A stretch of 64,000 bases of DNA from Candidatus Poribacteria bacterium (GTDB lineage: Bacteria > Poribacteria > WGA-4E > WGA-3G): contig CBDBFU010000027.1 in assembly GCA_965205025.1 (NCBI GenBank), positions 32,001-96,000 on the forward strand, in the 5' to 3' direction. Position 1 is the stretch's first letter; every line of letters starts with the position of its first letter. The notes under the pieces are model-generated. The model was not told where the DNA came from. It ran no database searches and saw nothing but the letters and a program-made list of their open reading frames with translations. Of this stretch, positions 33,301 through 45,241 are shown piece after piece. Position numbers and translations under genes: made by a program.

Positions 33301-34911
33301 ACGTTTAGCATAACAGCAGGAGACGGTAGCCTTTCGGATACATCGGTCAACACAAATTCAAGGGGACGCGCACAAACAGAACTTACCCTCGGTGATGAAC
33401 CCGGTCGGAACACTGTCCGTGCAAGTGTCTCAGGCGTTTCTGAACGTGTCACATTTACCGCCACAGCGAAAGACCCAGCACCACCAGAACCCGATATCCG
33501 TCTGCCTGTAGCACAGCGTGCAGACACATATTGGATAAACACGGACAGCGGTACAATCCACCGCCTTGTTGGCAACAGCGTGGAAGACGTTGCTCCCAGT
33601 GTCCAAGATGTCGTTAGTCTCGTGGCTACAGACAATAGACTCTACTGGGTTGAGAAAACTACCAATAATAGTGGAAGAATTCGACGCTCTAACCTGAGTG
33701 GAGGAAACATTCAGCTGATTCGGAGTCTCACAACTGCCCCCGCAGGTATTACTATTGACACTGTCAACGCTAAACTTTACGTTACAACCGAACGGGGTAA
33801 AATCCAGCAAATCAATGTAGACGGTTCTGAATATGAACCGAACCTGCTTGTCGGTTTGGACACCCCAACAGATATTGCTGTTGATGCTGGATCCGGCAAA
33901 TTGTTCTGGATATCGGAGTCCGGGACTGTGCATTATGCAAACGTTGATGGTTCAGGTGAAACACAATTCGCCAGTGGATATAACATGTTGGGTAGCATCG
34001 CCGTTGGGGCTGGTAAAGTGTTCTGGACAGAGGAAACCAGCGGTTCAGCAGGGAAAATCCACAGTGCTGACATTGATGCCACTAATGTTGATGAACTTGT
34101 GTCACTGAACGCTGCCCCTTACGGCATTTCCGTTGACGCGGATGGTAAAAAGTTGTATTGGACAAACAGTCGCGGGAAAATCATGCAGAGCAACATCAAC
34201 GGTAAGTCTGCCAAGGCTGTCGTTGCAGACCTTGTTTCACTCGGAGATATCTCAGTGCCAGCAGGTACAACGCCGATACGGCCACCGGGAACTTTCTCCA
34301 AATACGATGTCAACAGGGATGGTGTGGTTGATAATACAGATGCTGCATTAGTAGCAGATGCACTCGGCGAAACGAATCCGGATAATGCACGCCTTGATGT
34401 CAACGGTGATGGTCGTGTGAATTTCCTTGATCTGCTCCTTGTGTTTGATAACCGTGATGAAACCAACGCTGCCCCAATCGCAGATGCGAAACTTCCAAAG
34501 GTATCACGTGAGGAAGTTCAAAAGCAAATTGATCTGTTGATTGCTTCCAACAACGACTCGTTGACAGCACAGCATACGCTTGCATATCTGCAGAGTCTGT
34601 TAGAAGTCGTATCCCCAGAAAAAACCCGTTTGCTTGCGAACTATCCTAATCCGTTTAATCCGGAAACATGGATACCGTATCAGTTGGCAACGAGTTCTGA
34701 AGTGCAGATTACGATTTTCAACACAACAGGCAACGTGGTACGCACCTTGAAACTCGGACATCAATCCGAGGGCTACTACACAGACCGTAGCCGTGCAGCC
34801 TATTGGGATGGACGCAATGCTATCGGTGAGCAAGTGGCAAGTGGTGTGTATTTCTACGTATTCACTGCGAATGAGTTTTCTGCTACCCGTAAAATGTTGA
34901 TTCTGAAGTAG
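30355..34911 (+). CDS. Large secreted protein B2 (1518 aa): Ig-like repeats, YWTD-like propeller, dockerin/EF-hand-like pair, T9SS-A-like/FlgD-Ig C-terminal domain
   Basis: IVSGNNQ..PLVVEV..GVTVTF repeats; KLYWT/KVFWT repeats; DVNRDGVVDNTD and DVNGDGRVNFLD; LLANYPNPFNPETWIPYQL...RKMLILK. Confidence 0.92.
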   Translation: MNNTFFTRKLGLGILIALVFAFGVQSVADAQLRVSSSRGDLQVKPLVANQTFEFSFYISGIPGSRPDTSPGTADTEREEITITPTGGAFTEVRMGSTRYTSATKTLTGAFTLQEWHADNTNGIATTADDTDLGATEGDLATGTVTVTVEPTAVGPITVTVAAAGDSTGDFETLTFTVYAVQIPTDVQGLRFAASTPTVNPTTKTTYPPFDPNVPLYDEEVIVTVFDASDAAGGNRAYALVDFEVFEGPGFVYQDLNDDSEPDPGESRNSKTTRTLTRLGTDNDMARVRLRTNGGTNKVRATITNTQPPQTYEITYLYQGDGTTTTPPPQPGGPQLTVNAPATGTVGQPITVTATVSDNRARRVVAFSSNRGGTFSQTPILTESNGVATIQFTPSTPGTVTITARSTGYTNGTDTVQVSSALPRLTVLTPTPPIRGNTGQRLNIVIGTGAPAGLTVTLTGTNFQPAIAQGVTLSNGSVTIPVTLPNNPGGHLLTASAPGYQNTSISVIVGGATTGGPVQLTIPSGQTQTVSIGSNAPLRVRVTSTVSNVRQSGVTVTFRNASGTTIHTATTVNGEATYNFPVVILGPHTVSATLLAANNANFDVSGVTPVTFTITGTRQQPTQSTRLTILPPRNSLNQILTSGGPGASYPLTILYNNTPALNQLITLTVTNIAQPTQIPVQPITLITDANGRATTPDTFRLPTTPGTYTIRATIGTEFREITVTVLAIRLVKDASDSVSGDNQEGDRGKVLDDPFLLKVIRDVANVETAVQGVPVTFTVVDGDGELSTSGSATSGSNSLTVNSDTNGEVRAYLVLGEDDEDNRVRASAGDTTVTSVFFDATGSLVPDAIEIVSGNNQRVTPNRYTDPMVVRVTDEDGDDLQGATVTFSLRGPSGTLTPRTATTDRNGEAEAELLPRSAGTYFVEARVTGVTSVRFTITVGDLADSIEIYSGNNQSGDPGTELDDPLVVEVLDEDDDVVSGVTVTFSITAGDGSLSDTSVNTNSRGRAQTELTLGDEPGRNTVRASVSGVSERVTFTATAKDPAPPEPDIRLPVAQRADTYWINTDSGTIHRLVGNSVEDVAPSVQDVVSLVATDNRLYWVEKTTNNSGRIRRSNLSGGNIQLIRSLTTAPAGITIDTVNAKLYVTTERGKIQQINVDGSEYEPNLLVGLDTPTDIAVDAGSGKLFWISESGTVHYANVDGSGETQFASGYNMLGSIAVGAGKVFWTEETSGSAGKIHSADIDATNVDELVSLNAAPYGISVDADGKKLYWTNSRGKIMQSNINGKSAKAVVADLVSLGDISVPAGTTPIRPPGTFSKYDVNRDGVVDNTDAALVADALGETNPDNARLDVNGDGRVNFLDLLLVFDNRDETNAAPIADAKLPKVSREEVQKQIDLLIASNNDSLTAQHTLAYLQSLLEVVSPEKTRLLANYPNPFNPETWIPYQLATSSEVQITIFNTTGNVVRTLKLGHQSEGYYTDRSRAAYWDGRNAIGEQVASGVYFYVFTANEFSATRKMLILK

Positions 34912-35410
34912 GATCATACATAATCTCTCGTCGCCGCCAGTCGCGTGTATAAATTACTGGCACTTGTGTTATTCAAGAACGTCCTTGCGGGAGAGACGCT
35001 AAACCTCCCGCCTTTTCTTTTCTGTATGCGGGAACTCCCATTCCCGACCCTTCCATCCTTACCCTCTCTTTGTACCACAAACTTTATGAGGATTAAGTTT
35101 TAAATTCAGCAATTCCCATTTTCCCAAACTTGGTAGGTTCGGTTTCCCGGGGAATGCCTAATGGCATTCATACCGTTGATTCACCGAACCGAATTTCTAA
35201 CACATTACCGAATTATTATTTTAATCTTCATTTAGTTTGTGATCTTCCATCTTTTCTGTATGAGGGAATTCCGATTCCCGACTCTTCCATCCTTCACTTC
35301 CAATATGTGACTTCAAAAATATATAAATCATAATATGACATATATATTTTTATTATCAGATACAATTTTTTAGGTATTTCTCAATTACATTTCAAAAAAT
35401 AAAAAATATA

Positions 35411-35490
35411 AATGTGACCCAAATCCCCTTTTGTCATGTTCAAGCCTTGTAGTCAATTAAAAGATAGACAAACAGGTTATCCCTGTCTGT
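35411..35490 (+). other. Putative recombination site 3
   Basis: AATGTGACCCAA-ATCCCC-TTTTGTCATGTT (35411-35440) and invariant 25-mer (35466-35490). Confidence 0.68.
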
Positions 35491-35614
35491 AAACAAAGCA
35501 AATATCAATATTGATATTTGAGTATTTTTAGAAGATTTAGATATACAGGATTTAAATTCCCTGAATCTTAACATGACTTGAATAACTTTTTTTTAAATAA
35601 AAGGAGTTTATGAA

Positions 35615-38600
35615 ATGAATATGTCAAATCGATTGACATTTAGTATTTTAAGTATATTTTTACTACTTGCATTTGTGGCAGTACCGGTGATGGCACACGG
35701 ACCAGAAAGTGCTGAAACGGTAGGACCGCACACACATCCAGTGACGGAAGCAGTTGACGCAGATGCATCTGCAACCCCTCCTGTTTTAGCGGTGCCTGTT
35801 CATGGTACTCATCCGACCGCAACGATTAGCCTAAAATCGGGGCAGAGCAATGTTAGAGACAAAATGGTTGCTGTTATTGCAGATGATACCGATACCGCAG
35901 ATGTTATGGAACATGAATTTACCTTGCTTGTTACGTTTGATGTAGATGTGACTGATGACGCATCTAAAACCGAAATTGCAGATGATTTTTCTAACATTGC
36001 TCTTGCTGATTTAGTTCTTGCTGATTTGTTGTTTCGGCGGTAGGTAGGAACAATGTAGCGACTGCTACCGCGCCAAGTTTAGCGATTACTCGTGTTAATG
36101 ATGGTGCTGCTAGCCCTGCTATTGTTGCCGCAGGTAAAAAACAATTTGAGGTAACAGTAAGTATCACCGATCTACCATCTGGAACAGAGAATGCAAACGA
36201 TGAGACGCTGACATTTAGAATAAGATTGCTGGCTGACAAAGTATTTGCTTTGCAAACAGCAGTAATTCCAACAGGTGAGGTTACACCAGTAGATGTTCCT
36301 GGTGGTGGGAATTTGCGGTCAAGTGTCCTTACGCTTACGTTAGTCAAAGAGTTGCCAGCAGCGCCTCCTACACCAGACACAGAAGACCCAACAGTAGAAA
36401 CGCTTACTGCCCCCACAGCAGCAGAGTCTGATGGCAAACTCAAATTTGCTTATACTGTATCTGATGAAACAGGTAAGGACGTGTTGATCACCTCAGCTGA
36501 AGTTGAAGTTGAAAACGGAGACGTTGCTGAGGTCACAGACGAACATATAATTGTTACGCCTGACTCTGCTACTTCAAAAGTAACAGTAACAGTGAAGGCA
36601 GGTGCATTGACAGATGCTGAGGACAATACGAGTCCAGCGAAAGGGCCTGTATCTTTCACACCAGCAGGTTATGTACCCAGAATTACAATCACGTCTGCTG
36701 ATGGCACAGGTGACGATGCCGGTAAGATTATCTTCACAATTGACTTCAGTGAAGCACCTGCAAGTTTTAATGTAAATCATATTACAACTGAGAACGCACC
36801 AGACTTGAGACTTGCTGATCTCATGAAGGTTGATGTCCCTGATGACGTTAATGATGTTGCCGAGCGTCATACATTGACAATTGATCCTGTTGATGATTCC
36901 AAAGCAGTAAAAGTAACGATTAAAGCAGCTGTCCTGATGGCAAAAGATGGTGGTCATTCATTTGACCTTGCAACAGATTCCCGTACGTTAGCAGGTGCAC
37001 CGCCTACCACAGTCAAGGATCCGACAACAGACACCATCCCAAGCATATTTGGGTTCAGCATTCCAGCGAATTCTTACGTTGTTCTTACGAGAAACGCACT
37101 AGCCACGCCACGGCAAGATGGTCTGAACTTCCGAGACGTGCCTGATAGTAAGGTAGTCGTTTGGGAGAACATGCCTGATTTATGGGAGCGCCTATTTGAT
37201 AGAGGTTATGAAGGTGGTGGCGCACTTGTTTTGAGATCCTCTTACGGCGATGCCGCTGCAGATAGACCCAAAGTTGGTACCGTTGGTATTAGCGAGATTA
37301 TGTGGGCTATTGATGTAGGAAAATATGGTGATTTTAGAGGAACCGATCGCACAGATCCCCGCAATAAAACGTGGTTAGATTCACAGTGGGTTGAAGTTCA
37401 CAATCTCAATGCGAAAGCCGTGAAGGTCTTGATATATGCGCAAACAGGACGCGATCTTGTTGGCACTGGCAACGTTGTTGGCAATACGAAGGCTGGCGAT
37501 ACAATCCACGGCAACCCCGGTGGTATGGTCGTTGATGTCATGACAAACTTCTTTAACGGTGCAGACCGTGGAAGCGGTGGTTGGGATGTACCCGGCGCGA
37601 ACGGTAATAGCAAAGCAGGTGTTGATTTCATCTCAATGGCACGGCAGCCGAAGCGTGGTTCATTTAACTTGACCCGTAGACACGAGAATAAGGCTGATAA
37701 ACCGTTGGATGGCTTATATGCCAAAACAGGCGGAAGTGAGCAGAGTTTAGATGGCAGAGCTTCCGGTAGTTGGGCAGCGGGCAGTGTGATTTATGAAAGG
37801 GAAGATACGGATATACCTTCTGGTACTACAGCTGCTCTCCCGTTAACTTATGAATATTTAGGTACACCGGGACATCCGAATACAAGGGCACCTGCAAGTC
37901 ATATCACCCGAAATGCTCGGACAAGTGTGCCAAGCAATACTGTTATCATCAACGAGGTTGCGAACCGTAATGATGTACATAAAGCTTACGAATGGATTGA
38001 GCTTCGCAATGTTTCTACTGCTGAAATAAACCTGCGGAATTATCTCATTTCAATTGTACAGGCTGTGGACAGTGATAAAGTCTTGTATCAATTCCCAGCA
38101 AACGATAATGCCAAGATTGCTGTAGGCGGAGTGTTCCTCTTAGTCGCCTCTGATCCGAGTGGCAATCCGAGCCATCCCTTAGCAGCAGGATACAACGTTG
38201 ATAAAAATGACGAAGATCAAGTGCCAGGTTCGCGCAAAAACCCTGTGCGATATAAGGTCGCTGATGTTGGTGGTGTCCCCGGTTTTGGTAATGGTCGAAA
38301 CACAGGTGAGAGTGTAACAACCTTACCAGACAGTGGTAAATTCGTCCTGATCCTACGTAGACCAGACAACCATGAAGGTCACAGGTCTGGTGCTGATGGT
38401 GGCAAAGGTGTTGCTGAACGCGGTAAAGATGACGTTGATAAGATCGTTGATATCGCTGGATGGCACGATAACTTGAAGAAAACCGGTTTTGACAATGCGG
38501 TGTCTTCAACGGATTTATGGCCACTTCGAAGTTTCCGTGCACCTAATTTTAATCTGAATTCGTTCCAACCAGAGACGGTTCACTTCCGCCAACGCGGTGC

Positions 38601-39927
38601 CCATGGTCTTGGAGGCGTCAACGATGGTGCCAGTGGTGTTGGTGCGCATGAAAATAAGAATGAAGGTGGCAAAGCCGCGTTCCGTGATGAAGGTTATTCC
38701 GGTATCGGTTACAAACGCCAAGCTTCCAAAACCAATTTCCACGGCGGAAGTCCTGGCTACCACGGTAACGTGAGCGGACGAGTTGATGCTACTGCGAAAG
38801 TTGTTATCAGTGAAATTATGTTGTCTCAAGGCAACGGTCGTGTGAAACTGCCACAGTGGATTGAACTCTACAATCCTTCTAAGACGCATGCAGTCAACCT
38901 CACGGATAATGCTGGCTGGAGACTCGTTATCGAAAATCCAAATCGTGCACCTATCAGAACTATCCACTTCAAGAGTGGTAAGCATGATGTGAAAACGATC
39001 CTGCCGAATCAAACAGTGCTCATCGTTTCATCGGCGGCAAGGGATTATGGTAGTGATACCTTATCGAGAGGTACGGTATTTCCAAATACTCGTGTCCTGA
39101 ATGCATATACAGTCCTGAAGGGTGAAACTTTTGAGATGGCAAGCCGGACAGATGTGCTCCTTGATCCAAAGGCTTTCAACGTCAGATTGTTGGATGGTAA
39201 AACACACGACAATAAGCCTGGTGGACGCTATATTGGTGACGTATCAGACGAAGTTGGTAACCTTGACGGTAACCCGCGAACGAATGATGCGGCTGCATGG
39301 GAATTCCCAGACGGTGTGACTGAAGAGGGTGATCGCACTTCACTCATCCGTATCTTTGATGAAGGTATGGCTCGCAGTGGCACAGGCATGGTGAAACCGC
39401 TTGGTGGCACAGATGGTGTCGGTGTTGACGGAATGCCCGGTATTGATGCCAAGTATAGTTGGGTTCATGCCGCTGATACAGAAGACTTTGAGAAGCTCTT
39501 TGTCCGTCATACGTGGTATGGTGCTGAAACTGATTACGGCACACCCGCAGACCGTACAGGTCAAGTCTTACCTGTTCAATTATCACACTTCCGTCCGACG
39601 CTTGAAGATGGTAAAGTTACGATCCGTTGGACAACCGAATCCGAACTTAACAACGCTGGATTTAATATCCTTCGTAGTGAAACACGGTACGGTGAGTACA
39701 AGCAGGTAAATGCTGAACTGATTCAAGGTCACGGAACAACCGGTGAACGTCATACCTATAAATGGGTTGACGAATCCGCTAAACCGAATGTAGTTTACTA
39801 CTATCAAATTGAAGACGTATCCTTCGCCGGCGAGCGTCAAACGCTTGCTCTAACCAAGTTGAAAGGACTTATCTCAGCCGTAGGTAAAGCCACAACAACG
39901 TGGGGCGATATTAAAGAGGTACAATAG
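35615..39927 (+). CDS. Cassette A3: giant secreted lamin-tail-domain protein; one frameshift near 36025
   Basis: ORFs 35615-36043 and 36226-39927 join; the signal peptide is identical to A4 and the C-terminal ~970 aa are essentially identical to A4. Confidence 0.87.
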
Positions 39928-40143
39928 GGTTAAATTTCAGGGATAATTTAACCGTTCTCCTCAACGCATGGACACTGCAGGGTCTCGATTGAGGAATCTA
40001 TCTAAACAATATTCTACAATAAGAGCCGGCTGTGATCTCAAAAATGCAGCACTCTTATTGTAGAATACCTCACATACCCAATCCCAATGATCTTAAACAA
40101 GAAACAGGGTCTCGTAGGCAACTACAAGACCCTATTTCTTTTT
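39928..40143 (+). terminator. Four-hairpin 3' trailer of A3 ending in a terminator (40099-40143)
   Basis: GGTTAAATT/AATTTAACC, TCCTCAA/TTGAGGA, TATTCTACAATAAGAG/CTCTTATTGTAGAATA and AGGGTCT..AGACCCT followed by a T-run. Confidence 0.75.
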
Positions 40144-40285
40144 CCCACCCCTTGATAGGTTTTCTTTTTCCCACCCTTTGGTAGGTTCGGTTTCCCGGGG
40201 AATGCCTAATGGCATTCATACCGTTGATTCCTTGATTCGAGGGGCGAAAGGTGTAATATATCTGAACAGCGGATTATACCATTTT

Positions 40286-40560
40286 CAAATGTCTATAGCA
40301 AAGATGGTGCTCCATGTTCTTGAGTTCCGTAGGAACGGAATGTCTATAGCAAAGATTGTTGTTCCATATTCTTGAGTTCCGTAGGAACGGAATGTCTATA
40401 GCAAAGATTATTGCTCCATATTCTTGAGTTCCGTAGGAACGGAATGTCTATAGCAAAGATGGTGCTCCATGTTCTTGAGTCCCATAGGGACGGAATGTCT
40501 ATAGCAAAGATTATTGCTCCATATTCTTGAGTCCCGTAGGGACGGAATGTCTATAGCACA
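40286..40560 (+). repeat. Tandem 51/52-bp REP units (6 ATGTCTATAGCA cores)
   Basis: GGAATGTCTATAGCAAAGAT...TTCTTGAGTYCCRTAGGRAC. Confidence 0.88.
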
Positions 40561-40618
40561 TTTCTCGTTGATTTGGTAAGGACAAAATGATAAAATACAA
40601 ACCGTGAGGAGTAATACC

Positions 40619-41092
40619 ATGGCAAACACATATACACAATTATATATACATATTGTTTTTGCAGTTGAACATCGTCAAAACCTAATTCCGAAGGAACATA
40701 AAGAAGAACTTCACAAATTCATTACAGGTATAATCACCAATAATAAACATAAAATGATCCAAATCAATTCTATGCCAGACCATATACATATTTTTGTTGG
40801 TATAAACCCTTCAATGGCATTATCAGAATTGGTAAAAGATATTAAAGCAAATTCATCACGATTCATAAACAAGAAGCAATGGGTTTCCGGTCAATTCAAA
40901 TGGCAAGATGGTTATTCAGCCTTTACTTATGCACATTCACAATTAGAGAGTGTATCAAATTATATCCTTAATCAAGAAAAGCATCATAAGCAGAAGTCGT
41001 TTAGAGAAGAATATATTGAGTTGTTAAAACGATTTAATGTTGATTATGATGAAAGATATATTTTTCATCCAGTGTTAGAGAGCGATTCTTAG
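40619..41092 (+). mobile_element. tnpA: IS200-family/REP-associated TnpA, copy 2
   Basis: A few substitutions relative to copy 1; GAGGAG RBS; HUH motif and catalytic Tyr. Confidence 0.9.
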
Positions 41093-41210
41093 AAGATCAT
41101 ACGTGTCTTGAGAACTCCACCTATATGTTGATATAGACATTCCGTCCCTACGGGACTCAATTATGTGGGTATACACGTTTTCTATAGACATTCCGTCCCT
41201 ACGGGACTCA

Positions 41211-41785
41211 ACACCCTTAATGAAACCACCTGAAGACTTGAACACGGAAGCATGGCTTCAAAAATGTGTTGAAACGACAGAATCCGCCCAGGTTGACTCA
41301 CAGACGCGTGGCACACTACTGTTTGCCTTATCAACATTAGGTAGTTTAACCCATGACGCAAATCTTTTTCAAAAACTCATATCGGAGGAAATGATGCAAG
41401 AATCTCCTTTTTACAAACTTATACCATTTCTAAAATATAATGTCTCATTGATTGTGGAGATTCTGCAGGAGCAATCTCCAAGTCGCGACCGGGAGGTCGC
41501 TCCTACAGAAGATAGTTTCCAATAATATTCAATTTCATAAAATTTATGTGATGGCATATTATTTATTAGAATTGGTATTATATATCAGCAAGTTTCACTT
41601 GCAAACTGTATCAAGAATATTCTATCTGTTCTCTCAAAACGTTTTCAGTTTGAGGATGTACAACCAATAAAAGAAGCATTGGAATCTATTGAGGATCTTG
41701 ATCGTATGACAGAATTACATGACACCTCAATTGACATACCGAGTATTAAGGAATTCCTACAAGAAGTAAAAGCATCCGAAGAATA
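41211..41785 (+). pseudogene. Fragments of an Rpn (YhgA-like) gene and its C-terminal domain
   Basis: TPLMKPPEDLNTEAWLQKC...ISEEMMQESPF matches 57629-58522; it is interrupted at ~41412 and a C-terminal fragment resumes at ~41590. Confidence 0.8.
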
Positions 41786-41791
41786 AAGGAA

Positions 41792-42040
41792 ATGATGCAA
41801 GAATCTCCTTTTATAGAACTCATAATGCAGCGCTATATAGAACAAGGTTCACGTGAAACGTATGTAAAAAATATTCTATCTGTTCTCTCAAAACGTTTTC
41901 AGTTTGAGGATGTACAACCAATAAAAGAAGCATTGGAATCTATTGTGGATCTTGATCGTATGACAGAATTACATGACACCTCAATTGACATACCGAGTAT
42001 TAATGAATTCCTACAAGAAGTAAAAGCATCCGAAGAATAA
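41792..42040 (+). CDS. Stand-alone Rpn C-terminal-domain small protein (RpnS-like)
   Basis: MMQESPFIELIMQR...FLQEVKASEE, homologous to the Rpn C-terminus; AAGGA RBS. Confidence 0.75.
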   Translation: MMQESPFIELIMQRYIEQGSRETYVKNILSVLSKRFQFEDVQPIKEALESIVDLDRMTELHDTSIDIPSINEFLQEVKASEE

Positions 42041-42089
42041 AAACTCCAGATTCACCCTTGTTGATATAGCATTCCCCGGGGCTAACCCC

Positions 42090-42640
42090 TTCTCCGCGCA
42101 ATCCGCGATTCAGAATACGTTTCTACACACCTTTCGCCCCGCTGGGGCTTTTACTGGAAGGTTCAACGTTTTCTACACACCTTTCGCCCCGCTGGGGCTC
42201 AATTATGGGTGAACACGTTTTCTATAGACATTCCGTCCCTACGGGACTCAACACTCTTCTCCGTGTAATCTGCGTAATCCGTGTAATCTGCGATTCAGAC
42301 AAACAAAACCATCCACCCAAAACCCTCTTCTCCGCGCAATCCGTGTAATCTGCGATTCAGAAACCAAAACCCCTCTTCTCTGCGTAATCTGCGTAATCTG
42401 CGATTCAGAAACTAAAACCATCCGCACCAAACCCCTCTTCTCCGCGTAATCTGCGTAATCCGTGTAATCTGCGATTCAGACAAACAAAACCATCCACCCA
42501 AAACCCTCTTCTCCGCGCAATCCGCGCAATCCGTGTAATCTGCGATTCAGAAAATCGCCTCTTTGTACCACAAACTTTTAGTTTGTGTTCTTACTCCAAC
42601 CCTCTCCACTGCGCAATCCGCATAATCCGCGATTCAGACA
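42090..42640. repeat. Repeat cluster CTCTTCTCCGCG-(TAATCCGYG)n-ATTCAGA and other REPs
   Basis: At least six units with variable 9-bp iterations. Confidence 0.85.
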
Positions 42641-42696
42641 AATAACTGATAGCCGACAGCCAAGAGCCAATTAAGACAGCCAAGAGCCAATTAATT

Positions 42697-42725
42697 TTGA
42701 CAACCCTATATTAATATAGTATAAT
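42697..42725 (+). promoter_or_regulatory. Sigma70 promoter of rplM-rpsI
   Basis: TTGACA, 17 bp spacer, TATAAT. Confidence 0.88.
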
Positions 42726-42788
42726 ACAGTCACACTTGTGAACATCATAAAGATGAGGAATATAACCTTATCCAAAAGGTCAAGAACA

Positions 42789-43226
42789 ATGGTATTGAAA
42801 ACGAAAACCAAATTCCCTAAATCCGACAAAGACATAAAATGGTACGTCGTAGATGCAGAAGGACAAATATTGGGACGCTTAGCAACACGCATCGCACATA
42901 TACTCAGAGGAAAACACGACCCAAATTTTACGCCACATGCAGATTTAGGCTATCGAGTCGCAGTGATTAACGCCGAAAAAATCGTTGTCACTGGCAATAA
43001 AGCTGAACAGAAAACATACTTCCGACATAGTGGATACCCAGGTGGCGATAAATACAAAACATTTAATCAACAAATTGAACGCCAACCAGAATACATCATC
43101 ACATCCGCAGTCAAAGGAATGATCCCAAAAAATAGCCTCGGCGCAAAATTGATGACGGGATTAAAAGTATATACCGGTCCCAACCATCCCCACCAAGCAC
43201 AAGAACCAGAAGTATTAACATTCTAA
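42789..43226 (+). CDS. rplM: 50S ribosomal protein L13
   Basis: WYVVDAEGQILGRLATRIAHILRGKH..HSGYPGG..AVKGMIPKN..HPHQAQ. Confidence 0.97.
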   Translation: MVLKTKTKFPKSDKDIKWYVVDAEGQILGRLATRIAHILRGKHDPNFTPHADLGYRVAVINAEKIVVTGNKAEQKTYFRHSGYPGGDKYKTFNQQIERQPEYIITSAVKGMIPKNSLGAKLMTGLKVYTGPNHPHQAQEPEVLTF

Positions 43227-43242
43227 TAAACAAAGGTGCTGA

Positions 43243-43437
43243 CTTGTAGCATAAACTTCCAGTTTGTGCATCTTTAATTCTTGTAGCATAAACTTCCAGT
43301 TTGTGTATCTTTGTTTGGTGAACTTAAAATCAATAGAACGGTAATCCAGTTTGTGCATCTTTGATTCTTGTAGCATAAACTTCCAGTTTGTGCATCTTTG
43401 ATTCTTGTAGCATAAACTTCCAGTTTGTGCATCTTTG
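43243..43437 (+). repeat. 37-bp tandem REP units between rplM and rpsI
   Basis: CTTGTAGCATAAACTTCCAGTTTGTGCATCTTT at 43243, 43280, 43367 and 43404. Confidence 0.85.
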
Positions 43438-43470
43438 TAAGGACGAAAGGTGTAAAGAAGAGGAATATAT

Positions 43471-43867
43471 ATGGCATTAGAACAATTTTGGGGAACAGGC
43501 AGACGGAAAACATCCGTCGCACGCGTTAGAATCATCCCCGGCAGTGAAGACGGTTTCATCGTAAATAAAAAAACCTATTGACGAATATTTCGACCGGTCT
43601 GACCATGTACAGGAAGCAAAACAACCCATAGAGCATGCCGAACGAACAGGTGAATATGCTGTTCATGTAAATGTACGCGGCGGTGGAAATACAGGACAAG
43701 CAGGCGCAATTTCACACGGACTCGCACGCGCACTCGTAAAAGCAGACGAATCCTTGAAACCAACTCTCAAAAAAGCAGGATTTCTGACGCGCGACCCACG
43801 AATGGTTGAAAGAAAGAAATACGGACAAAAAGGCGCACGCGCAAGATTCCAATTTTCAAAACGATAG
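43471..43867 (+). CDS. rpsI: 30S ribosomal protein S9 (apparent +1 frameshift in A7 run 43567-43573; missed by the ORF track)
   Basis: Manual translation gives [19 protein letters not shown]...[21 protein letters not shown]...[29 protein letters not shown]. Confidence 0.95.
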
Positions 43868-43942
43868 AATGGTTTTCAGCAGTTGGCTATCGGCTATCAG
43901 GACAAATCCCAACAACTAAAAACTATTAACTAAAAATATTAA

Positions 43943-45241
<1,299 letters not shown>

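Larger units (their letters stand above)
37014..41290 (+). repeat. ~4.3-kb direct repeat, copy 1 (3' part of A3, trailer, REP array, tnpA, Rpn fragment)
   Basis: Matches 51328-55655 at offset 14314 (14365 after the REP array); the six-frame ORF translations are identical. Confidence 0.93.

Noticed and set aside
40286-40560. CRISPR-like appearance of the 51/52-bp arrays (also 22701-22980 and 54600-54925)
   Set aside because: The variable parts are short, near-identical and recurrent rather than unique spacers; there are no cas genes; the units match the REPs flanking tnpA.
43561-43580. Programmed frameshift or pseudogenisation of rpsI
   Set aside because: One extra A in a homopolymer of a core ribosomal gene, with similar indels elsewhere, points to sequencing error.
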